Position numbers and translations under genes: made by a program. Positions 17,194-26,760 of a DNA stretch of 34,253 bases are shown here, piece after piece; the first letter of the stretch is position 1, and every line of letters starts with the position of its first letter. Source of the stretch: Asterionella formosa. Its lineage: Eukaryota. The notes beneath the pieces are model-generated. The model searched no databases. It was not told the origin of the DNA and saw only the letters and a program-made list of their open reading frames with translations. The stretch lies in contig NKIB01000263.1 of assembly GCA_002256025.1 (NCBI GenBank), positions 1 to 34,253 of the forward strand, given 5' to 3'.

Positions 17194-19935
17194 ATGTCAT
17201 ACGACTACAATGCTCTCGTTGAAACAATCAGCACTGCCCGAGAACAAAATGATCTCCAAACAGCCGTTGATACCTTTGGTGAATTATCATCTCATTGTCC
17301 CATGACGCCACTGCTTTGGATGCAATATGCCAGTGACAGTGGCAAATTGCTGAATGATCTTCTCAATAATAATGATGGTGATGATGATGGTGATGATACA
17401 GAAACAGCAGTAAAACAACAGCAACAGCATCAAGAAGCAACAGAAGTGAGGTTGCAAACGTTGGAATTGGGATTGGGGGAATTTCCGGGCTGCGCCATTT
17501 TAAGATTGCACTATTTGCTAGTCTTATTACTGCCGGTACGCATGAATGAGAGTCATGATGAAATCCAGATGACTCATCACGAAACAATTATACATGCCTT
17601 TGAGGATGCACTTGATCAAGTTGGATCTGGATCACATAGGAATGAAGGAGCAGTGGTTGTTCAGATTTTTGATTTATATGCGGAATATCTCGTCAAGAAG
17701 AGAAGCGATCACGACGGGGCCATTGAGGTGTTCCTTCGACGTGCTAGCACGCCTGTAAAGGGGAGCAACGACGGCATATCGAGTGAGTTTCAATATTTTT
17801 GTCAGCAACATGGTATCAACGTAACACCAAAGCAATTGCAACAGATGGAGGAAGGTCGAAGGCATGTGGCACAGTTGTATCACTCCCTGGTCACCTACGA
17901 AGACGAGGTAGAGTCTCAGATGGACACTGACAATATATTGGCAACTAACACAATGGAAATGGACGACATTCCATGGGATACGCTGCTTTCCAGCAATTTG
18001 TGTTCGTACTGGAATGGTCTTGGTACTGAACAAACTGCCTTGGTATTTATCAAGTATGCTGGTGCTTGCACACACTATCAGTCACCACAGCTCGATGGCG
18101 AAAACGACGATACAACACCAGCAGCAGCAGTTGATGAGACCATCCAATCTCTTGCACTGGCCATTTATGAACGTGGCGTGGCGGAATGTCCCACAGTACA
18201 AGTCATGTGGACTTCCTATCTAAAATACCTATCCTATTGTTTAGCACATGGCAAGCCGGTGTCAGAGCGATTGCAATCAGCATCAACAAGAGCTATGCGC
18301 AATTGTCCATATTCTCTACCATTGGTTCAACAAAGATGCAAAATACTTTTCATATTGGCAGAATGTGGTCAGGTTGTGTTGGAGCCAGATGATTTGATGG
18401 AAACTGTCCAAACGGCGCTGGCCACCAAGTTTCTACCACACCCAATACAACATTTGGAACTTTACCTGACGGCCATTCGAACTGTAAAACGACGATTGTT
18501 GCTAGTACTGCATGAAAACGTGAAGGCTTCTAATGAGAACAAATGGGATGATGGTATCGATGCACCTGGTGTCGCAGAACCGCTCTCGGAAACTGCCGAG
18601 CAAGAATTGCAAGATTTTTGCGAAGACTTGAGAGATTTGTACGAGGCCGCAGATGAGTATTTGCGAAAGAAACACTCTAGTTGGGGGGAAGGCCGTATGT
18701 TATTGTGGAAGGACCGGAGCATGACAGAGCGACTTGTAATTGTTCCGCTTCTAGAATCCTTTGAAGAAAGCTGTAAACCAATCAATGATGCTCCTGAAGA
18801 TTTGAAATGTTTTGAAAAGCTATTGAAGGTCCATCAGCCGACACATCCAGATCTGTATTCAGCCTTTATTCAAGCCATACTGGCGCAACCAATTTCAGAA
18901 CCGCCACAAGTCCAACTACGACTTCAACGTGCACGAGGACTATATCACAAAGCAATCAACAACTTTGCTAGCAAGCAACCAAAGGTCGTATCAACCTTGA
19001 ACCGTGACATTGAAACAGCCAAACGCGAGCTTTGTCATAATCTCATTGAGTTTGAAACTATGTTTGGATCAGACAAGTCTCTTGGACAAGCATCTCGTTT
19101 GATTCAAAAGAAGCTTCCCTCAAGTTTAACCGCCCCCTCCCAAGCAACAGTGGAAGCGCCAATGGAAATTGAGAGTACAACTACAGGACACAAGAGAAAG
19201 GTTGATGACGCAATCTACGAACAAACTACGAAGAAAGCAAAGCCAGCTGAAGACGAAGCTCCCGAGCCCTTAACGTCAGCGGAGAAGACGACTGGATGGA
19301 AGAAGAAACCAGAGGTCCCAAAAGTTCGCGTTGGGAAGCTAAACTATCCGGCACATCCATACACGATACGAGTTACCAACCTAGCGGAAGATGTGGAAGA
19401 TATGGATTTGATTGACATTTTTCGTCCAAAATGTGGGGCAATCGTCCACGCAAAAATAATCCGAGAAAAGTCTCATCACCACAAGGGCTCGTCCAAGGGG
19501 TGGGGCTTGGTTCAATTTGAAGAGCGCGATGCGGTGGAGAAGGCTCTAGAATTGAATGGGATTATTGGTATCAAGGAACGATTAGTGAAGGTGGATCGAT
19601 CACACATGCCCGCCACTGGCATTGTACCTCCGGGAATGCACAGGGTGAAACCGAAAGGGGAAGGCACGAGCACGAAGCAAAACGAGAAGCGAAAGGAAAA
19701 TCGGCTACACGGTGAATCCACAATGGAAAGGGTTACTTCAATTGAGTGTACAACTGTGGGTGGCGAAAAGGACGACGAGGACAAGTCCACTGTGGTGGAC
19801 GTCAAGGCAACCCAACAAAATATGGCGAAGCCCAGCGGTGGTATTCTAGCATTTAAACCTCGTGGTGTTGCCCGGCAGGGTGACCGAAAAGCACCAAAGA
19901 TGATGATTGCTGTGGCGAAAACGATAGACACCTAG
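17194..19935 (+). CDS. SART3/Prp24-like U4/U6 recycling factor (HAT repeats + RRM)
   Basis: CPMTPLLWMQYA; YERGVAECP..V.W.SYL; RAMRNCP; FETMFGS; RRM with TIRVTNL (RNP2) and KGWGLVQF (RNP1). Likely start ATG 17194. Confidence 0.78.
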   Translation: MSYDYNALVETISTAREQNDLQTAVDTFGELSSHCPMTPLLWMQYASDSGKLLNDLLNNNDGDDDGDDTETAVKQQQQHQEATEVRLQTLELGLGEFPGCAILRLHYLLVLLLPVRMNESHDEIQMTHHETIIHAFEDALDQVGSGSHRNEGAVVVQIFDLYAEYLVKKRSDHDGAIEVFLRRASTPVKGSNDGISSEFQYFCQQHGINVTPKQLQQMEEGRRHVAQLYHSLVTYEDEVESQMDTDNILATNTMEMDDIPWDTLLSSNLCSYWNGLGTEQTALVFIKYAGACTHYQSPQLDGENDDTTPAAAVDETIQSLALAIYERGVAECPTVQVMWTSYLKYLSYCLAHGKPVSERLQSASTRAMRNCPYSLPLVQQRCKILFILAECGQVVLEPDDLMETVQTALATKFLPHPIQHLELYLTAIRTVKRRLLLVLHENVKASNENKWDDGIDAPGVAEPLSETAEQELQDFCEDLRDLYEAADEYLRKKHSSWGEGRMLLWKDRSMTERLVIVPLLESFEESCKPINDAPEDLKCFEKLLKVHQPTHPDLYSAFIQAILAQPISEPPQVQLRLQRARGLYHKAINNFASKQPKVVSTLNRDIETAKRELCHNLIEFETMFGSDKSLGQASRLIQKKLPSSLTAPSQATVEAPMEIESTTTGHKRKVDDAIYEQTTKKAKPAEDEAPEPLTSAEKTTGWKKKPEVPKVRVGKLNYPAHPYTIRVTNLAEDVEDMDLIDIFRPKCGAIVHAKIIREKSHHHKGSSKGWGLVQFEERDAVEKALELNGIIGIKERLVKVDRSHMPATGIVPPGMHRVKPKGEGTSTKQNEKRKENRLHGESTMERVTSIECTTVGGEKDDEDKSTVVDVKATQQNMAKPSGGILAFKPRGVARQGDRKAPKMMIAVAKTIDT

Positions 19936-19977
19936 AGAAACTGAGCATCATTTATCAACGTTATCCTTCTACGTAGA

Positions 19978-22443
19978 CTACGGTTGTTCCGGCAGTTGTC
20001 CACGAGCGTGCAATAAGCGAGCTGGGCCAAATCCTCCCGTCTCGGACAAAGTGCCTAGATCGCCGTGTACCTGTTCGTATGAATGGGCATGGAATATAAC
20101 AAGGCAAAACGACCATAGGTGCAGAATGAACAGGTAAAACAAGAAAAATAATCGCGCCAAGGGTTCTTGTCTAAGGAGTCCTCCAGTATCAAGAACAAAT
20201 GAGTCCACAGCATCAACAGTCATTGCAACAGTCTCCATATTTTCTGAAACTCGACCAGGTCCGAGGTCCAGTGCTGACCGAATAGAACGAGCTTTGTTAG
20301 TTGTTTTGCCCCGGTTCCCTCGACCACCCTTAAATCGTCGACGCATCATGGCTCCGCCATAAGCTGTACCAACGCCGTCCTCGACGTCAAATGTATTACT
20401 ACTGGATTGGGCAACAGTCAGGGCTGTTTCTGCATTATCAGCTCTCGCTTTCTCGGCAATAACTCGTCCCTTTAGAGCCAAGATTTCACTCTTACTGCGT
20501 TCAAACAGTCGTTGTTGCTTGAAGAGCTGATCCGACATTTCGGTCAGCTGTTGTTGATTCTTTTCTGCTTCCTTCACCAACGTCATGACGGTATCGCTGG
20601 GATCATTCTCAGAATCGACAGCTGACAATATAATCGATTTGCTTGACTGCTGCATTCGATTTAGTTGGGCTCGCAAATCTGCAACCTCGCGATCGTAATG
20701 ACGTTGCCTTTCGTGGGTATCACTTGCCTCTTCCTGGCGCTCTATTGACAATTCCTTCAATTCAGTCTTCAAAGCGTTACATCGTTGCGTTTCCATCATA
20801 AACTGGACACGAATAGATTCTAGCTCATCTAGAGTTGCTTCGAATTCTTCCTTGAAATTCAAGGACGTCTCAATTTTCTTCGCAGCCCTAAGTTCTGACA
20901 CAGCATGCTTTTCTCGCTGACGGGCCAAGTTGAGTGCAGCTCCAAGATCGGAAATAGTCCTCTCCAATTCAGCTTCTCGTGATTGGCGCTGCCCTAACTG
21001 TCTAGTATGGATAGATTTGGCCGCGTCTAGGTTGTCCTCGGCTTGTCTCTCTCGCTCGTTAGCTACTTGTAATGCTTGAGTCAGATTTTCCACTTTGACC
21101 TGTAAAGCATCTTGCTGAGTTTGAATCTTAGAAAGACTAGATTTCAATGCTGCATTTTCGGTCTTAGTCTCACTAAGCTTCTTGATTGCCTCTCGCTCTC
21201 TTTGCACAGAATCCTCAAGTTCTTTTGTCCAATCACCACCTTCTTGTGCCAGTTTCTCATCCAATTTTGACAACCGCTCTTCCAATTCCTCAATCTGTTC
21301 CTCATATTGCTCTTTCAGGACAACTAATTGCTGCTCATAGTGCTCTTTTTGGCTTTCCACTTCTTCTTCGTGTTCATCCATCAAATCTTCTCGGTCTTCG
21401 TTGTGTTTCATTCGATCTCGTTCCATTCGTTCCGCGGCGCGTTGCAATTCTTCTCGTTGCGCCTGAACCTCCGTCTCGGCGTGTTCGAGCTCTGTGTTGA
21501 GCTGCAACACGTGTTTTCTCAATGATTGCGCCTCTGTTTTGTTCTTTTTGAGTTCACTTTTGCATTTTTTGATATCTTTTTGGAGTTGAGCCATCATTGC
21601 ATTCTCAGTGATACGGATGGGAGGTAAGTGATTCCCAGAAGCAGGCGGTGTATCGACCATGACGCAGGAGGAGTTTCCAGAAGCAGGAGGCAGTGGAGCG
21701 GAACGAGGAGCTGTTCTTGCTGTTTGCTTCTCTGCCAATTCTGTTACATCCACTTTGTGTTCTTTTACTAGTACTTCCATGGGTTTGAGCTCTGTTTCTG
21801 TCCTGGAAACAGTTGCAGGTTGAGTTGGTTGTTCAGATTGCAACGGCAACGGAGCCTGCATTACCGCCGGATGTGCAACCCGTTTCGAATCTTTTGCCTT
21901 GGTAGCATCTGCCATTTCCGTGGGTTCATCGAAATCTAGAGTTGGGAATGGAGTAATGTTTTCAGTCGTTGTTGTGATCGAAGGTGACGGGATGATCTCT
22001 AGGGTCATTACTTTCTGTAGCATGTCATCCTTTGGAGCCGCTTGATCTGTTGTGTCCCTACCTGATGGAATCATAAGCTTTGGCTGTGATTTTTCTTCCA
22101 GCATGGTTGCATCTTTATCTTCGTTCATTTCTGGGGCTCGTGTCATCAGAGTATCATTAACAACATCAGTCATGAGTACTAAATCGGCTGAAACATCCGG
22201 GAACAACGGCGCTACATCACTCATGTGTGCATCTAAATCGACAACTTCTTCGTCGCTAAAATCTTCAAAGTCACTACCTTCCTCGTCCCATTCTTCCTCA
22301 TCGCCACTGAAGGACTCGCCATTCTCGTAGCCCCGCCGGCTCAGAATCTGACCAATGGCACTTCGACTGGTGGGCACAATGTTCTCTGCCGAGCCGTCGA
22401 GCCCATCTAGGAGGTTTCCGACACTCTTAAGCCAACGAGACAT
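19978..22443 (-). CDS. Golgin-84 / golgin-candidate-like coiled-coil protein with C-terminal transmembrane helix
   Basis: N-terminal MSRWL...NLLDGLD tethering-type motif, long coiled coil, and D......G.LLR..PLARLFFLFYLFILHLWSF transmembrane segment. Confidence 0.82.
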   Translation of the reverse strand: MSRWLKSVGNLLDGLDGSAENIVPTSRSAIGQILSRRGYENGESFSGDEEEWDEEGSDFEDFSDEEVVDLDAHMSDVAPLFPDVSADLVLMTDVVNDTLMTRAPEMNEDKDATMLEEKSQPKLMIPSGRDTTDQAAPKDDMLQKVMTLEIIPSPSITTTTENITPFPTLDFDEPTEMADATKAKDSKRVAHPAVMQAPLPLQSEQPTQPATVSRTETELKPMEVLVKEHKVDVTELAEKQTARTAPRSAPLPPASGNSSCVMVDTPPASGNHLPPIRITENAMMAQLQKDIKKCKSELKKNKTEAQSLRKHVLQLNTELEHAETEVQAQREELQRAAERMERDRMKHNEDREDLMDEHEEEVESQKEHYEQQLVVLKEQYEEQIEELEERLSKLDEKLAQEGGDWTKELEDSVQREREAIKKLSETKTENAALKSSLSKIQTQQDALQVKVENLTQALQVANERERQAEDNLDAAKSIHTRQLGQRQSREAELERTISDLGAALNLARQREKHAVSELRAAKKIETSLNFKEEFEATLDELESIRVQFMMETQRCNALKTELKELSIERQEEASDTHERQRHYDREVADLRAQLNRMQQSSKSIILSAVDSENDPSDTVMTLVKEAEKNQQQLTEMSDQLFKQQRLFERSKSEILALKGRVIAEKARADNAETALTVAQSSSNTFDVEDGVGTAYGGAMMRRRFKGGRGNRGKTTNKARSIRSALDLGPGRVSENMETVAMTVDAVDSFVLDTGGLLRQEPLARLFFLFYLFILHLWSFCLVIFHAHSYEQVHGDLGTLSETGGFGPARLLHARGQLPEQP

Positions 22444-22889
22444 GCCGAGACTGAGGCAGGAGTGTGTATGACGTAAAAGAGAGAATGCGTAGGAGGAAAA
22501 AGAGTAACTGTATTGATAGAATTACAGCGTTGCGAGAAACGATCAAATCATATTTAATATGTAAGCTGGTGTGCTCAGAATGTGTGTGTTATTCTGCATG
22601 TACGTACATTACATATACCGGATGTTGCAATGATGGTGGTGACGATTTGGTCAACGAATTGCATCGATTACTCCTATGCATTCTTATTTTTTAACAAAAA
22701 GACAAAAGCAAAGAAAGTTTATGAACACGCAAACAATATAACGGTATGGATATATTAACGTAGCAAGGATATTCACATCTATATACCGGTATTTATGTTG
22801 TTACAAATTAGACATGGCACTTTCGGTCATCAGATCCAAAACAGTCTTTCGACCATGTCTAGTCTATTGCTTATAGTAGCATCAACGAC

Positions 22890-24026
22890 ATGATTGGAAA
22901 CGATAGCGCCAACCCAAGCAACAACAAGACCACCTTTCCCATGTCATCAACACTGCATTTAGCCATCAGCACAAACTGCGAATGTTTTGTTCGCAAACTG
23001 CTCAAGGACGGAGCCGATGCCAATCAAGCCCTCAAAGTAGAAAGCGTAGGCGACTACTACAAGGATCGCTCCGCTGTATCTCCATCAGAATGTATCTTCC
23101 GGCATGATGACGAGGTAGAGTATCGAGTCTTTCCTATTCATGTTGCAATCATGAATTGTTATTTCAATTGTCGACATGGACCTGGACAAAATCAAAGAAA
23201 TGCGGCTCTGGGCATTGTTCGGGCGTTGCTGGAATTTAATGCCGATCCAGCGGCACCGTGCTATGGGATTCATTTTGTTAGATTGGGGGAAGCAGAATTT
23301 GGAACATATGTGGCAAGTGCGGAGACGGGCCGAGCGTTTAATTTGATCGCGTCCTTGAAGGAGTACCCGTTCAAAGGATATGCTGATGAATGCCGCGACA
23401 TGATGGATGAGCTTAGTTTCATTCTTCTCCATGAAGAAAAGAAAGATGTGGAACATGGGACGATCGTACCGTATGGAGTCAAATCCATTTGGGCACATTT
23501 GCTCAACCACAACACATACAACGATTTTACCTTTGTTTGCCAAGACGGCACACGATTTCCAGCTCACAGGGCTGTTCTGTCAGCTGCCAGTGATTACTTC
23601 ACAACTGCTTTTGAGGGTCCGTGGAAGGAGACAAGCAAAAAAGGAGAGTGGCCAACCTCCAAACCGCCTGCAGTGATTCGACTGATGTTGACGTACATTT
23701 ATACTGGCGAATTCAATGTCGAGGTGTTTAACGAATTCAGCAAGGAAGCGCTTGAAACGGCTTTTGAATTCAGTTTGCCTTTTTTTCAAGACGCCTGTGA
23801 ACGACACTGTGCCAAACATTTGAACTCAAGCAGTGTTCGGAGCCTGTTACTGTTGGCTAGTATGTATGATGCAACGACGTTGAAGGCTGCTTGCTTTCAG
23901 TTTGTGGATTTGAATTGGAAGAAGGTCATGTTTGATCCCAGTGTTTTAAGTTTAAGTAAGGACTATCCTGATCTATGGAAAGAATTGGCTCAACACTGTA
24001 CACCAGTAACTGAAGATGATTTTTAA
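22890..24026 (+). CDS. Ankyrin-like repeat + BTB/POZ domain protein (putative Cullin-3 adaptor)
   Basis: LHLAI...VRKLLKDGADAN and PIHVAI...VRALLEFNADP; BTB motif DFTFVC.DG..FPAHRAVLSAASDYF..AF...W.E, MLTYIYTG, followed by BACK-like helices. Confidence 0.85.
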   Translation: MIGNDSANPSNNKTTFPMSSTLHLAISTNCECFVRKLLKDGADANQALKVESVGDYYKDRSAVSPSECIFRHDDEVEYRVFPIHVAIMNCYFNCRHGPGQNQRNAALGIVRALLEFNADPAAPCYGIHFVRLGEAEFGTYVASAETGRAFNLIASLKEYPFKGYADECRDMMDELSFILLHEEKKDVEHGTIVPYGVKSIWAHLLNHNTYNDFTFVCQDGTRFPAHRAVLSAASDYFTTAFEGPWKETSKKGEWPTSKPPAVIRLMLTYIYTGEFNVEVFNEFSKEALETAFEFSLPFFQDACERHCAKHLNSSSVRSLLLLASMYDATTLKAACFQFVDLNWKKVMFDPSVLSLSKDYPDLWKELAQHCTPVTEDDF

Positions 24027-24190
24027 CGATAAGCCATGGAAGTCCCTGTTTTGGTGTAAAACTAGTGCATCGCTGAAACAATACCTTCGAGCTTCTCATT
24101 TAAATGTGTACGACGTTTCCTGTCGATGTCGACTATTTCGAATTGTTTTTGGATCATACTCTATACTATAAGTAAAAATCCGCATTCATT

Positions 24191-25061
24191 TTAAACGCGC
24201 TTCGCTTCCAATAATCTGGAGAAATAGAAGTTGGTTGCTGTCATCTCATCCCTTGCCACTTGAAAGCCAGCCTTATTTAATGCTGCCCTGACAACTTCTT
24301 CTTCGTGCAAATACGCTCTGGTTGTCTTGCTGGGTCCAGGAAAGAACTCACCCACTTTTTTCAACAATGTGTAATACCACGTCTTGGGGGCGAAGGAAAT
24401 CATGACCCGATCCTCAGCCAAGGAGCAAAGATGGCCAATCATTTCTGCCATCTTTTCTGTAGGGTAGTGAATTGCCACATCGACACAGGTGACGGTATCG
24501 TATTTACCAGTGACGGATTCCAAATCGGATGTGTAAAAGGTTGCATCCTTAATGCCAACCTCAGCGGCACGGCGGGCAGCTTCAGTCGCCATGGCATCAG
24601 AAATGTCAGAAGCCGAAATTTTGGCGCCTACAAGGTTGTCAGACATGTTATTCCCATTTGTGAATTAGTAAGTATACATCTGCAGGAGAAACACCAAAAA
24701 ACGATAAAGATTGCATCACAAAGATTCACGTACCCATTTGAGCTAATGGAATAGCCAATGACCCCACGCCACATCCACAATCACACACAGTCTTGCCAGC
24801 AATATTCCCATCGTCCTTTACCCAGTTCAAAATCTTTTGAATAGTCTGTCCATGTCCATCTCTGATATCCATTTGCACCGCATTGACATCATCACTTTCA
24901 CTGTAAATCTTGTTCCAACGATTGAAACCTTCTGAATTGAAATACTCTCGGACTTCTGTCTTGTCGTCAACAACGTTGAGGCCAAAGGAAAACGTTGTTT
25001 TGGCGTAAGGTACAAAGGCGGATGCGCCAGTGAGAAGGAGAGCGAATTGAAAAGCTTTCAT
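24191..25061 (-). CDS. chlM: Mg-protoporphyrin IX O-methyltransferase, plastid-targeted (exons 25061-24734, 24627-24191)
   Basis: MKAFQFALLLTGASAFVP targeting signal; VREYFN..GF.RW.KIY; VQ.DIR.GH; CDCGCGVGSL.IPLA; SDIS.AM; C.DV.IHYP; SFAPKT; GPSK.TRAYLH; FYFSRLLEA. Confidence 0.96.
24628..24733 (-). other. GT-AG intron of chlM (106 bp)
   Basis: GTACGT donor, CTGAC branch-like site and TGTAG acceptor; joins LAQM-G-AKISASD in frame. Confidence 0.9.
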
Positions 25062-25512
25062 TGTGGGAAATGCAGCGATTGAAGTCAACGAGAGGAGGGG
25101 CACAAAGGGAATGAACAGCAACAACAACCGATGTTGCTACGTTGACCTGTGATGTGTGATTTTTCCTCATTTTCAGGGCGTACTTCATGGAAACCAGTCC
25201 TCGCATCTGATCATTATCAGACACTTGGAACAAAATTATAGACCACAGAACTTCAACAAAACGATCTTGGGACAGATTTAGGCCTAATGGCTTTTGCAAA
25301 AACCGCCGTGGTGATGATAAAAGTTGTGTCAAGTTGGTGGTGAAAGATTCCGTGTTCGCTCAATCATATACGGGTATGTTTTCCCGGTACTCATCCCGGT
25401 ATATATTTTTAGGTTCATGAACATATATATATATATATTTTATGCATTTCTTCACTTACCCGTATTTTACACTTCAGCCATTGATGGCCGACCGTTTGTT
25501 CCCTTGACGACA

Positions 25513-26268
25513 ATGCTTGCTGGACGCTTGATGCGCCTCGTTGCTTTCATCTGCCTGCCATCCTCCACTTCTTGCTTTGCTCCTACACCTGCATTTTTCA
25601 GAAAGTCAAATTCTCGTCTTTCAACTTATCTCGCCATGAATTACCCAAAACTGTGTGTCTTTGACTTGGACGCTTGTTTTTGGGACCAAGAAATGTATGA
25701 AATGCCCGCTATTCCAGATCAGACTGTTCTGGGTGATTTGAATGGCCGCGGTAAGGGTGTCATTGGTGTCATGTCTGGCCAGAACCAAATTTCCCTCCAC
25801 CAGGGATCCTTAGTAGCCCTCCAACAACATGCCGATGGGAGCTATCCGGGCATGCAGGTCGCCTTCGCCTCGTCGGCTGACACGCCATTCGCGGTACAAA
25901 TTGGACGAGCATCATTGAAATTGTTGGAAGTAATACCTGGTCTTACCGTATGGGACTTGGTGGTTGGAAGAGATTGGAATGGAGTCGATGTGAACCAAAT
26001 TGGACGACAGCCTCCACTTTCCTCCAACAAGTCTCAGACTCACTTTCCTCGGCTCAAAGATGCAACTGGAATTCGATACGACGAAATGCTTTTTTTTGAT
26101 GATTGCAACTGGGGTGATCATTGTCGTATGGTGGCGGAGGGATGCAAAGAAGTCGACACAGGGGTGGGCCCAGCGACAGTAAGAACTCCGATTGGATTGG
26201 GTGTCAAGGAATGGAACAAAGGGCTCCAAGTCTATGCTGAACAAGCAAAGAAGTTGTCTTGCAGGTGA
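25513..26268 (+). CDS. Magnesium-dependent phosphatase 1 (MDP-1)-like HAD phosphatase, plastid-targeted
   Basis: Signal peptide ending TSC|FAP; PKLCVFDLDACFW (HAD motif I), FASS, K..HF..LK..TGI.Y.EMLFFDD (motif IV). Likely ATG 25513. Confidence 0.85.
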   Translation: MLAGRLMRLVAFICLPSSTSCFAPTPAFFRKSNSRLSTYLAMNYPKLCVFDLDACFWDQEMYEMPAIPDQTVLGDLNGRGKGVIGVMSGQNQISLHQGSLVALQQHADGSYPGMQVAFASSADTPFAVQIGRASLKLLEVIPGLTVWDLVVGRDWNGVDVNQIGRQPPLSSNKSQTHFPRLKDATGIRYDEMLFFDDCNWGDHCRMVAEGCKEVDTGVGPATVRTPIGLGVKEWNKGLQVYAEQAKKLSCR

Positions 26269-26760
26269 TTTAGAGAAACACGGGCAGAGCTGTACATCGT
26301 ATGACATAACGAGCATTAGCTATTCATTCATAGCCTCCAATAGTGTGCATAAGAAATTGAAGGAGAATGTACAGAATATATAGTATGCTGGTATGTATTA
26401 TATTTTTTGCTTCAATTGATCATGTTATTGTTTTAGTGAACAAGCCTCAACAATGGGCTCAATACTATAAGAAGATCCTAGCTGCTATGATGTCCTGTCC
26501 TGCATCAAATTGTCCATTTCAGAAAAATGACCGCAACTTGCAGGTAGTAGTATGGTGCTCCCTCTGGTTGAACATAATTTCGTCAAATCGCCGGCACCAC
26601 TAGTGACTTAACTGTTTGCATGTGAAGGATTACGTAGCCAACATACCATCTTTCTAAACAACCAAAGGGAGTACTAGCAGTCTAGCTGTACCTACATATC
26701 ATGAAATATATGGATACTGCGCTAATGTTACAAAGATATCGAAAAAAATTGAATTGGAAT

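Noticed and set aside
9108..19935. Functional RNA-processing cluster (eIF4E, TFIP11, SART3-like)
   Set aside because: The genes are interleaved with unrelated enzymes, and the category is common enough for chance proximity.
25324..25512. N-terminal ORF-track extensions (also 2909-3121 and 17122-17193)
   Set aside because: They begin at non-ATG codons and run through microsatellite or promoter sequence; downstream ATGs give sensible N-termini.
26266..26400. Selenocysteine readthrough at the MDP-1 TGA
   Set aside because: The domain is already complete, there is no redox motif context, and no SECIS is evident.
26700..26760. Terminal inverted repeat pairing with about 28410-28430 (TACTGCGCTAA vs TACTGGGCGTAA)
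   Set aside because: Similarity is too weak and no target-site duplication is visible, so the element ends remain undefined.
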